The translations under genes were made by a program, and so were the position numbers. From the sequence record DRR378314_462: 64,000 nt of DNA; one strand, given 5' to 3'. This document shows, in pieces, positions 1-8,925 of the stretch. Below the pieces are notes generated by a model, which saw only the letters and a list, made by a program, of their open reading frames with translations, was not told where the DNA came from and did no database searches. The stretch's first letter is position 1, and the number at the start of each line of letters is the position of its first letter.

Positions 1-891
1 CACCTGCAGGCGGGTGTTCATTTCCAGAAAATAAAAAGCGCCTGAGGCATCAAGCAGAAATTCCACGGTCCCGGCGCCCCGATACTTAATGCTGCGGGCA
101 GCTTCAACTGCCGCCGCGCCCATTTGAGATCGCAACTCGTCCGTCATCACGGGGCAAGGCGCTTCTTCCACCACTTTTTGATGGCGCCGCTGCACCGAGC
201 AGTCCCGCTCCCCCAGATGAATGACAGTGCCATGGGTGTCTGCAAAGACCTGAATTTCCACATGACGAGGCTGCACAATTGCCTTTTCCAGGATCAGTTC
301 ATCAGATCCAAAAGCGTTCAACGCTTCGGAACGGGCGGATGCCAACGCGCCCGCCAGATCGTTTTCCGCATGTACCAGCCGCATCCCGCGTCCACCGCCG
401 CCCGCAGCGGCCTTTACCATCAGGGGAAACCCGATTTTCGCCCCTTCTGACATCAGGATTTCATCGGATTGCGCGTGCCCTTCATAACCCGGCACGCAAG
501 GCACACCAGCCTCGATCATCCGGCGTTTGGCAGCCGCCTTGTTCCCCATCAGGTCGATGGCATCGGCAGTTGGGCCGATGAACACAAGGCCTGCCGCCTC
601 ACAAGCGGCTGCGAATTCGGCATTTTCCGACAGGAACCCGTATCCGGGATGCACGGCATCGGCGCCCGCTTTTTTAGCGGCGGCCAAGACCTTGTCCCTA
701 TCCAGATAGGATTGTGCCACCGGGGCGGGCCCGATCAGGATCGCATCATCGGCCAAAGCCACATGGGGCGCGGCGGCATCCGCTTCGGAATAAACGGCAG
801 TAGTTTTATATCCCAACGCCTTGGCCGTTTTGATGACCCGCACCGCGATTTCGCCCCGATTGGCGATCAATATATTGGAGAATTTTTTCAT
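1..891 (-). CDS. Biotin carboxylase subunit of an acyl-CoA carboxylase (geranyl-CoA/methylcrotonyl-CoA carboxylase alpha, AtuF-like); 3' end runs off the window
   Basis: Not in the ORF track. Manual translation from ATG 891 gives MKKFSNILIANRGEIAVRVIK...FLEMNTRLQV, the biotin carboxylase motifs; it follows the beta subunit gene. Confidence 0.9.
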   Translation of the reverse strand, partial: MKKFSNILIANRGEIAVRVIKTAKALGYKTTAVYSEADAAAPHVALADDAILIGPAPVAQSYLDRDKVLAAAKKAGADAVHPGYGFLSENAEFAAACEAAGLVFIGPTADAIDLMGNKAAAKRRMIEAGVPCVPGYEGHAQSDEILMSEGAKIGFPLMVKAAAGGGGRGMRLVHAENDLAGALASARSEALNAFGSDELILEKAIVQPRHVEIQVFADTHGTVIHLGERDCSVQRRHQKVVEEAPCPVMTDELRSQMGAAAVEAARSIKYRGAGTVEFLLDASGAFYFLEMNTRLQV

Positions 892-909
892 TGTTATTAT
901 CTCGCTCCC

Positions 910-2532
910 TTACATCCGTCCGACGCCAAAACTATTGGGACGGGTTTTTCGGTTGCGCGCCTCCCAACAGGTTTCCAGCGCAAAACCAATGACTTTGCGG
1001 CTGTCTCGGGGATCAATAACCCCCTGATCCAGAAGCCGCCCGGATGTATAAAAGGCATCAGATTGACGATCAAAATGGGCTATCAGGCGATCTTTTTGCG
1101 CTTGAAGGGCAGCCTCATCCACCGGCTCCCCTTTTCGCGCCGCACCGGAGCGGGCGACATGATCCATGGTCAGGGCAGCCTGTTCCCCGCCCATCACACC
1201 GGTTACCGCATTGGGCCAGGCAAACAGAAAATCCGGCTCATAGCCAAACCCGGCCATGCCGTAATTTCCAGCGCCGAAACTGGCGCCAATATAAAGCGTG
1301 ATTTTCGGCACGGCCACGTTGGACACCGCCTGGATCATTTTGGAACCATGCTTGATCATGCCGGCCTGCTCATACTCCTTACCAACCATGTAGCCGGTAA
1401 TATTATTGAGAAACACCAGCGGGATATCCGCCTGATCACAGAGCTGAAAAAACTGGGCGCCTTTTGCAGCACCATCCGGATCAATCGGACCATTATTGCC
1501 AACAACGCCGCAGGCGTGACCAAAGATACTGGCCTGCAGGCATACAAGGGTCGAGCCAAAGCGGGGTTTAAACTCCTCAAAATCAGAGGCGTCGACCAGC
1601 CGCGCGACCACTTCACGCACATCATAGGGTTTGCGGTAATCCACAGGCACCACACCGGCAATCTCATCCGGATCATAATATGGCTCGCGCAGAGCAGCGC
1701 GCGCTGGTTTGGGGCAGTTTTTGTTCCAGTCCAACTTGGCAACCACGTCCCGCGCAATTTGCAGACCGTGAGCGTCATCCTCGGCCAGATATTCAACCAG
1801 ACCCGAGATGCTGGCATGCATTTCAGCGCCTGCCAGTTCCTCATCATCGGCGACCTCTCCGGTCGCGGCCTTGACCAGAGCGGCCCCGCCAAGCGACGCG
1901 CGGCCCCGGCCCTTCACCGCAATCACATAGTCACTCATGCCCGGAAAATAAGCGCCGCCTGCGGTTGAGGGTCCATGCAGCACGGCAAGGGTGGGAATGC
2001 CTGCGGCACTGAGTTTGGCAAGCCGCTGAAAACCGCCGCCGCCAAAGGCCCAGGATTCCACCTGATATTTCATCAGATTGGCCCCGGCACTTTCCACCAG
2101 ATGGATGAAAGGCAGTTTTTTATCGATGGCAATATCCTGACAGGCACGAAGCTTTTCGCCTGATTTTTGCGTCAGCGCCCCGGCATTAATCCCACTATCA
2201 GAAGCATAAATCATGCAGCGCACACCAGACACATACCCGATCCCGGCCAGGGTACTGGCGCCTGGAATGCTTTTGTCCCGATCATCGGTGTCGACCATGA
2301 AATTGGCCAGACCATAAAGTTCCAGAAATGGCATTCCGGGATCAAGAAGGCGGGTCAATCGCTCCCTCGGGGTCAGTTGTCCGCGCTCTTCAAAACGGGC
2401 GCGGCGCTTTTCCGAAAGCTGACGCGCCCGATCCTTTAAGCTATGCAGTTCTGTTACCAAATCCAGCATCTGCTGGCGATTGGCGACAAAACTGTCTGAG
2501 CCCGGGCTGACCTTGGACTTGAAAACTGTCAT
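910..2532 (-). CDS. Acyl-CoA carboxylase carboxyltransferase (beta) subunit, AtuC-like
   Basis: RGQLTPRERLTRLLDPG, STAGGAYFPGMSDY, IKHGSKMIQAV, GAGNYGM and C-terminal PNSFGVGRM resemble geranyl-CoA carboxylase beta. Confidence 0.9.
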   Translation of the reverse strand: MTVFKSKVSPGSDSFVANRQQMLDLVTELHSLKDRARQLSEKRRARFEERGQLTPRERLTRLLDPGMPFLELYGLANFMVDTDDRDKSIPGASTLAGIGYVSGVRCMIYASDSGINAGALTQKSGEKLRACQDIAIDKKLPFIHLVESAGANLMKYQVESWAFGGGGFQRLAKLSAAGIPTLAVLHGPSTAGGAYFPGMSDYVIAVKGRGRASLGGAALVKAATGEVADDEELAGAEMHASISGLVEYLAEDDAHGLQIARDVVAKLDWNKNCPKPARAALREPYYDPDEIAGVVPVDYRKPYDVREVVARLVDASDFEEFKPRFGSTLVCLQASIFGHACGVVGNNGPIDPDGAAKGAQFFQLCDQADIPLVFLNNITGYMVGKEYEQAGMIKHGSKMIQAVSNVAVPKITLYIGASFGAGNYGMAGFGYEPDFLFAWPNAVTGVMGGEQAALTMDHVARSGAARKGEPVDEAALQAQKDRLIAHFDRQSDAFYTSGRLLDQGVIDPRDSRKVIGFALETCWEARNRKTRPNSFGVGRM

Positions 2533-2656
2533 CAGAGACGCTCCATAATCGATTTTTTTTGTTTTTATCTGTGTCGCATCGTTGCCATCCGATAGTAATG
2601 AGCAAGCTTATTAATTGTCGAGCGTTTTCTCTGACTTTTTTCCAGCGGGCGTCTTT

Positions 2657-3358
2657 TTAGACTGACCGGGTGACGCCGCCATCGACACGAATATTCTGTC
2701 CGGTGATATAGCCCGCCCCTTGTGAAGCAAGGAATGCAACGGTTGCCGCAATTTCTTCGGTTTTACCGTATCGTTCCATCGGAATGCGAGCAAGGCGATC
2801 TTCGGTTTCAGGCAAGCTGTCGATAAAGCCGGGCAGAACGTTGTTCATACGGACATTATCAGCGGCATATTTATCCGCGAACAGTTTGCTATAGGCCGCC
2901 AGACCCGCGCGAAACACGCCGGACGTTGGAAAAACCGGATCCGGCTCGAAGGTTGCGAAAGTGGAAATATTGATAATCGCGCCGGATTTCTGGGCAATCA
3001 TGATCGGCGCCACAAGGCGCGTCGCGCGCACCACATTAAGCATGTAAACATCCAGACCACGATGCCAGTCATCGTCGTCAAGTTCCAAAATTGGGGCCCG
3101 GGGTCCGTGACCGGCACTATTGACCAGCACGTCTACGCGGCCCCATTTGGCCATAACCTGATCAACCAAAGACTGCAGATCATCAACTGACTGGTTTGAG
3201 CCGGTAACTCCAATCCCGCCCAGTTCCGCCGCCAAGGCAGCGCCCTTTCCCGAAGAGGAAAGAATGGCAACCTGATATCCGTCTTCGGCCAGCCGCCGGG
3301 CTGAACCTGCGCCCATCCCACTGCCACCCGCTGTAATAATCGCTACTTTTTCTGTCAT
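2657..3358 (-). CDS. SDR family oxidoreductase
   Basis: TAGGSGMG nucleotide-binding loop, VNSAG, NNVLPG, ITGQNIRVDGG; the catalytic YxxxK is replaced by SxxxR (atypical subfamily). Confidence 0.9.
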   Translation of the reverse strand: MTEKVAIITAGGSGMGAGSARRLAEDGYQVAILSSSGKGAALAAELGGIGVTGSNQSVDDLQSLVDQVMAKWGRVDVLVNSAGHGPRAPILELDDDDWHRGLDVYMLNVVRATRLVAPIMIAQKSGAIINISTFATFEPDPVFPTSGVFRAGLAAYSKLFADKYAADNVRMNNVLPGFIDSLPETEDRLARIPMERYGKTEEIAATVAFLASQGAGYITGQNIRVDGGVTRSV

Positions 3359-3470
3359 GAGAGATCTCCTGTCGTTCTAAATTCAAGAACCTCAACCTGT
3401 CACAGGTGCGGGGTGCCGACTATTCATTTCTCTTTACTCAAGACAATAGAAAAACTACAGTCATTTCATT

Positions 3471-4358
3471 ATGAAACAAACCAATACCCTTTTACCGATG
3501 AACGGTTTCCGGACTTTTGAAGTCGTCTCCCGGCACCTGAACTTTCGCCTCGCCGCAGAGGAACTTGGGGTCACCCATGGTGCTGTTGCGCAGCAAATCA
3601 GGGGTTTAGAAGATTTTCTTCACGTAAAATTATTCAATCGGCTCCCCCGGGGCCTCAGTCTGACAAAAGAAGGACATGCGCTGAGCCAGCCTGTCAATCA
3701 GGCCATCGACCTGCTCAGGGAAGCGACAGAAAAACTGAAATCAGATAAGGTGGTGATCACGATCAGTCTGACCCCATCGCTGGCGACCAAATGGCTACTG
3801 CCCCGACTGGGACTGTTGAGTGAACAATATCCCGAAGTTGATATCCAGATCCTGGCGAGTGAGGCCCTTTCGAATTTTTCCCAGGACAATGTGGATATCG
3901 CCATTCGCCAAGGGCGCGCGCCGTTTGACCGACATCTTCACGCGGAGTTTTTTCTGCCAACCGATCAGGTCGCGGTTTGCAGTCCGTTGTATTTTCAAAA
4001 GCTGGAACAGGCACTTCACAGCAAGAGCGGTGAGAAAATTGTGTTCCTAGCTGATGCCCATAATCGCTGGAGCGATTATCTGACGCGATTTCATCCGGAG
4101 CTGACCCATAGTCCCAAAAACACCATGAGCTTTAATCAAACTGCACTGGCCATTGACGCTGCGCTGACCCATCAGGGAATAGCCCTTGTTGCCAAAGCAC
4201 TCGTGACACCAGAGTTGGAGCAAGGCCGTCTCTGTCTGGCGTTCGATCCAATGCTGGAGAATGAAGATGGATATTATCTGCTGACCACCAAAAAGCAATC
4301 CGGCCGCAAGCCAGTGTTGATGGTGCGCAATTGGTTGATGCAACAGGCGGCGCATTAA
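3471..4358 (+). CDS. LysR-type transcriptional regulator (GcvA/AmpR-like), divergent from the SDR
   Basis: HTH FEVVSRHLNFRLAAEELGVTHGAVAQQIRGLE, WLLPRL, DIAIR. Confidence 0.93.
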   Translation: MKQTNTLLPMNGFRTFEVVSRHLNFRLAAEELGVTHGAVAQQIRGLEDFLHVKLFNRLPRGLSLTKEGHALSQPVNQAIDLLREATEKLKSDKVVITISLTPSLATKWLLPRLGLLSEQYPEVDIQILASEALSNFSQDNVDIAIRQGRAPFDRHLHAEFFLPTDQVAVCSPLYFQKLEQALHSKSGEKIVFLADAHNRWSDYLTRFHPELTHSPKNTMSFNQTALAIDAALTHQGIALVAKALVTPELEQGRLCLAFDPMLENEDGYYLLTTKKQSGRKPVLMVRNWLMQQAAH

Positions 4359-4379
4359 CGCCGCCCGTTTTCACAGAGA

Positions 4380-7300
4380 TTAAGATTCGTCGCCGACAGA
4401 AATGCGGCTTGCCAGATCCTGCAGATTTTCGGCATCCGGATCCGTGATATTGGAAAACTTGATTTCCGGGCCATCAGGTGCCGCAACAGTCAGGGTCGCC
4501 ATACCGCCCTTCACTTCGAGCTGCCAGGCTTCCCCTTCGCCGCGATCATCAGTTCCGATGGAGAAGGCATCAAAGAGCGCGTCCAGATCGACAGTGTCTT
4601 CGCCGATATCGAAATCAGCGATGGTCACCTCACCCGCATCTTCGCCGGTGATGAAGAAGACATCGCCGCCTGCCCCACCGTAGAAAATGTCGTCTCCGCC
4701 GCCGCCTGCAAGGCTATCCTCGCCTGCGCCGCCCACCAAAGTATCGTCGGTCGCAAAACCTTCAAGCAGGTTGGCAAATTCATCCCCTTCAAGCAACGAT
4801 CCGGAACCGTCCACATAGGTTGCAACGACAGGAGCCTCTCCATCCTCAACAAAAGAGAAACTGAGAGAGGCTGTTGCCACATCGCCATCGCCATCAACCA
4901 GCGTATAGGCAAATTCACTCACCGTACCGGCGGGAACGCCCACAGCCGCTTCGAAGCGATATTGACCTGAATTATCAATGCTGAACATGCTGCCATTGGC
5001 CAGCTCAACCGCCAACGGTGTGCCATCGTCCGGGATACCAAAAGCAATGGAATAAGACCCGCCGCCCAGATCCGTCACCGTGCCGCCCGCAGCCTCATAG
5101 GCCGCCAGTTCATCCGCATTGCTCACCTCAAAGGCGATTTGCGTAACGGTGGCACCATCGGCGCCCAACTGATCCTCAATCCCGTTGCTGACGATATTGC
5201 CTTCAGCCACTTCGGGCAGTGTACCTGTAAGGACATCATCCAGGTCATCAGCCTCGTCAATGATCGTAGGCTCATCACCGACATTATCCACGAGCGCAAG
5301 CTGCTCCGTATCCAGATTGCTGCCGATCCCGACGACGACGACTTCAATGCCGTTTTCATCGACAAATGTCTGCCATGAATTTTCGCCATTCTCCCCGATC
5401 GGAACCTGATCCGCATCAGGGTAAGGCGCGCCATCTGAAATGAAATATACGGTGTTATGATAGCCAGCGAGACTTTCATCATTGAGCTGCTCACTCAGCA
5501 CACCCTGCGCTCCATTTTCATTATCGGCCAAAGCATCCAGATAATTCGTTCGCCCTTGCGGATGAAGCTGGATGGGGGAGCTGATGAAGGTTAGCGCCTC
5601 CTCAATCGAGGATGTATTCAAAACGACACTGGACTGGGATGCAAACTGGATGAGGGTAATGTTAAACGCCCCACCAATCCCAGAATATCCGGTCAATAGA
5701 TTGCTGACAGATTGTTTGAGGATTTCCGCGCGGGTTGCGGTTGTTCCATCCGCCTGTTCGACTTCTTCCGCCATGGACCCAGAGGTATCCAGCACGAACG
5801 TCAAATTGTAGTTCGGATAAGGAACAGCAACAACGCTTTCTGCATCATCAAAGGCAACCGGGATATCATCGTCAACGGAGAAGGTGAACGCGCCCGTCTG
5901 CTGATCACCGTCCTGATCTTCGATGATCAGGCCGACGTTAAATTCAAGTGTGTCTTCACCAGCACCCTGATGATCCAGATTTTCAAACAGGGTGACAGAA
6001 TATCCGTAATTATCGCCATTGCCGTTCGGTGCAAATTCCAGCGTAAAGACAGTTCGCGGCGCGTCATCGCCCGATTGGGCGGTTGCGGTTAAAACCTGCG
6101 TGACGCCGTCATCCAGTGTTTCAAGGGCATAGCTGACCGGATCATCATCTGCGGTGACGTCTGGCAGAGAGGAAATATCCAGTGTCACCGAACCCGGTCC
6201 GTCCCCATTAAAGGAAATTGGAATTTCCGCGCCAGAAGTTGTTGGCTCTTTACTGTCATCTCCGCCCTCTGGTAGATCATCTTCATCCACCGATACAGGG
6301 GCAACCTCACCGACTGAGGGGGTTGCTGTATCTTCGATATTCACCACAAAGCTGCCATTGGCGGTTGAGCCATTTATATCTTCTGCCTCAAAGGCAAAGA
6401 CAAGTGACTTCACGTCTTGTTCAGACAGATGATCAATACCGGCCGTCAAATCAAAATCATAGGTACCATCCGCATTCAATGTCACCGTGAAGATTTCCTG
6501 ACCGCCGGCCATGCCGGTCAGAACTGAGGTTCCTGTGCCGGAAAGAGTGACGGGCTCGCTCCCGCTGGTGAGGTCGGCATCGTCAAAAGCGGTTTGATCA
6601 TCGGCGAATACCAGGCTGGCATAGCTGCCCGTTCCGCCTGCAAGCCCTAAAGAGACGCCCGACGCGCTATTGCCATCAGCAGTTTCGGTCACATCCGCCG
6701 TATCCGGATCTGTTGCCAGAACCGGCGTTTCATCATCTTCAACCAGGACAGAAATTTCACTATCTGTCTGATCAATCACAGCATTGGAGCTGGCGCCAAC
6801 CACCTGAATGGTAAAGCCTTGTGTTCCCTGATAACCCTCATCATCCAGCAGTGGAATTTCGACGATTATCTCCGAGCCAGCGGCAAGACCATCTGTTCCC
6901 CCAGAGAAAAAGGCGGATTGTGTTTCCCCCGGGGTGAGGCCGGTTCGCGCCGCGCCCTCTCCGACGACAGTGTAGTCAACCCGAACTTCCACACCTGGCG
7001 CCACGGCTTTGTCCAGAACAAAACGGAACTGCACACTACCGGCGCTTTCATTAACGGTCGTATCTGCGGCGGGTGCCGCTTCGGCCGGGGCCGCAAAGGC
7101 AGCAAACGAAGCGAAAGTCGCTGGCGCCAGTGGCTCATCCGTTTCCATCGGTTTGATGGAAATAACGCCAATATCGTCATCCTCGATATAAATGATTGCC
7201 TGAGAGGCCAGAGGATCAATATTGGCATTTTCAGCGCCAGTTAGCTGGACAATGAAAAACTCCATATCCTCGATGACATCATCATCCACAAGTTCGACTG

Positions 7301-8657
7301 AAAAACTCTTGAACGTTTCCCCGGGGATAAGGGTAATGACCCCGCCGCCAAGATCCAGATAATCAAGACCACCGAGGGTCCCGCTGTCATCAGAGGTCGC
7401 TGAGCCCGGAATAACTTCATAAAAGATCTTGATGGGATCTTCTGAAGGCGAATTCAACAGGACCTGAACCTCAAAAGCACTGACCAGATTTGTTTCAGGA
7501 TCGGTGATCCCAATGACCTTCACTTCCGCCGAAGGCTCCGCCGCATCGAAATTCGGGTCCAACAGGGACCGGAACTCGTCACCGGTTAAATTCGTCTGGT
7601 TCAACAGATCAGACAGGCCGAGGATTTCACCCAGCCCCAGCCCATCGCCTAAATCGGCAAGTTGTGGCTGACTAAAGCCGGCACCACCACCACCGCCGCC
7701 GCCGCCATTTTGCGGGCCTGCTTCGGGATTAATGCTGCTGGGATCAAATTCTTCATCCTCAGCCCAATCGGGATTAATGAGTTGCAGAACCTTGCCATAA
7801 GCATCGATCAATTGCTCTTCGTTCAGGACAAAAGGCCGGCTGGGTGCAATGGTTGAACTGGTGACAATCACAGACTGCTGCGCCAGGCTCAGAAGTTCCG
7901 AGCCGCCTTCATTGGCAACCAGAATAGCCCCGGTAAACAGAGTGAAAATGGATTCTTCACCAACCTGGGCGACTTTTCCGGTCCAACTGGTGCCCCGAAT
8001 ACCAATGGTGCCCACAGGTGTGCGAATATCAACACTTTCCGGATCATCCTTGGCAATTTTACCGCTGACGAAAGAGAAAACCCCCTGCAGCAGGGTCACA
8101 CCCATCCCATTGTCGGATTTATCTTCGGTGTTATAGACAAGGTCATCAAGAACCGCGCGGCCGGACGGACCCATGGAAAACTGGGTATCATCAGCAAAAA
8201 CGATGACAAAATCACCATCAGAGCCGGTTTCAATCACATCTCCCTTGAAGACCATGGAGCCTTCAAATCCCTCTTCCGAGGTGCCATCGGCATGGCGGAT
8301 GACAATTTCGCCGGAGCCTTCGGTAATCTGACCGATGGGGCTGACGTCACTTTGTGTGGCGGTACTTTGGGCGACAGGGCCAGGGCCGGCCAGACGAGAA
8401 ACAATATCAGCGGTCAGCTTGGCGCCGCCTTCGCTGATCAGATCGGAGCCAGGATAAGTGGAGAAATAATCGCGCACGATAATAAAATCGCCGCTTTGGT
8501 TTTCAAGATAAAGATCAGTCCCGTCCCGGCTGAAGTCTGCGGTCAACGGCAGGAGTTCGCCGCCCAATTGGATAGGCGCGTTTCCGCTGCTCGTATACTC
8601 GCCGAGCAGATCCCCCTTCAATGATTGATCCTGAGTTGAATCATCGAACAACCCCAT
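4380..8657 (-). CDS. Large acidic T1SS/RTX-type surface protein: N-terminal FecR/retention-like domain, Calx-beta repeats, T1SS-143/Ig-like repeats, VWA domain, RTX nonapeptides, C-terminal T1SS signal
   Basis: ATG 8657 has an AAGGAG SD. Motifs: IRTPVGTIGIRGT (FecR), VELVDDDVIE..IEDDD (Calx-beta), VLDTSGSM..FISDG (VWA MIDAS), GGAGEDSLAGGGGDDIFYGGAGGD (RTX), TIADFDIGEDTVDL. No Sec signal peptide. Confidence 0.88.
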   Translation of the reverse strand: MGLFDDSTQDQSLKGDLLGEYTSSGNAPIQLGGELLPLTADFSRDGTDLYLENQSGDFIIVRDYFSTYPGSDLISEGGAKLTADIVSRLAGPGPVAQSTATQSDVSPIGQITEGSGEIVIRHADGTSEEGFEGSMVFKGDVIETGSDGDFVIVFADDTQFSMGPSGRAVLDDLVYNTEDKSDNGMGVTLLQGVFSFVSGKIAKDDPESVDIRTPVGTIGIRGTSWTGKVAQVGEESIFTLFTGAILVANEGGSELLSLAQQSVIVTSSTIAPSRPFVLNEEQLIDAYGKVLQLINPDWAEDEEFDPSSINPEAGPQNGGGGGGGGAGFSQPQLADLGDGLGLGEILGLSDLLNQTNLTGDEFRSLLDPNFDAAEPSAEVKVIGITDPETNLVSAFEVQVLLNSPSEDPIKIFYEVIPGSATSDDSGTLGGLDYLDLGGGVITLIPGETFKSFSVELVDDDVIEDMEFFIVQLTGAENANIDPLASQAIIYIEDDDIGVISIKPMETDEPLAPATFASFAAFAAPAEAAPAADTTVNESAGSVQFRFVLDKAVAPGVEVRVDYTVVGEGAARTGLTPGETQSAFFSGGTDGLAAGSEIIVEIPLLDDEGYQGTQGFTIQVVGASSNAVIDQTDSEISVLVEDDETPVLATDPDTADVTETADGNSASGVSLGLAGGTGSYASLVFADDQTAFDDADLTSGSEPVTLSGTGTSVLTGMAGGQEIFTVTLNADGTYDFDLTAGIDHLSEQDVKSLVFAFEAEDINGSTANGSFVVNIEDTATPSVGEVAPVSVDEDDLPEGGDDSKEPTTSGAEIPISFNGDGPGSVTLDISSLPDVTADDDPVSYALETLDDGVTQVLTATAQSGDDAPRTVFTLEFAPNGNGDNYGYSVTLFENLDHQGAGEDTLEFNVGLIIEDQDGDQQTGAFTFSVDDDIPVAFDDAESVVAVPYPNYNLTFVLDTSGSMAEEVEQADGTTATRAEILKQSVSNLLTGYSGIGGAFNITLIQFASQSSVVLNTSSIEEALTFISSPIQLHPQGRTNYLDALADNENGAQGVLSEQLNDESLAGYHNTVYFISDGAPYPDADQVPIGENGENSWQTFVDENGIEVVVVGIGSNLDTEQLALVDNVGDEPTIIDEADDLDDVLTGTLPEVAEGNIVSNGIEDQLGADGATVTQIAFEVSNADELAAYEAAGGTVTDLGGGSYSIAFGIPDDGTPLAVELANGSMFSIDNSGQYRFEAAVGVPAGTVSEFAYTLVDGDGDVATASLSFSFVEDGEAPVVATYVDGSGSLLEGDEFANLLEGFATDDTLVGGAGEDSLAGGGGDDIFYGGAGGDVFFITGEDAGEVTIADFDIGEDTVDLDALFDAFSIGTDDRGEGEAWQLEVKGGMATLTVAAPDGPEIKFSNITDPDAENLQDLASRISVGDES

Positions 8658-8909
8658 AAGCTTCTCCTTCACACTCACGGATCACGACTTGACCCGAAAC
8701 GCAGTGATATGCAACCCCAATAAAAAAACACATCAGCCCCGCGAAGACGTGTGCTTTACCGTACCCAATAGATCTAATTATTAGCAAATTAGAATAAAAT
8801 ATAAACTTTAATTACCATAACCTCTTTGAAATGCCCAGTTTTCTTTATGGTTAAGGTATATAATGCCCTTGTTTGCCCCATTTATCTGCATAAAAATGCA
8901 GTTCCTCAT

Positions 8910-8924
8910 TTAAAATAATCTTAA
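8910..8924. promoter_or_regulatory. Putative CtrA box (TTAA-N7-TTAA) in the adhesin/cyclase divergent region
   Basis: TTAA aataatc TTAA is an exact consensus match, but the region is AT-rich. Confidence 0.4.
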
Positions 8925-8925
8925 A

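Noticed and set aside
469-1968. 499-aa plus-strand ORF (also 24442-25374, 30363-31574, 33031-34011)
   Set aside because: Antisense shadows of well-conserved minus-strand genes; no motifs of their own.
7683-7706. GCC/ACC triplet run as a phase-variable repeat
   Set aside because: In-frame poly-Gly linker with mixed codons, so it cannot act as a frameshifting switch.
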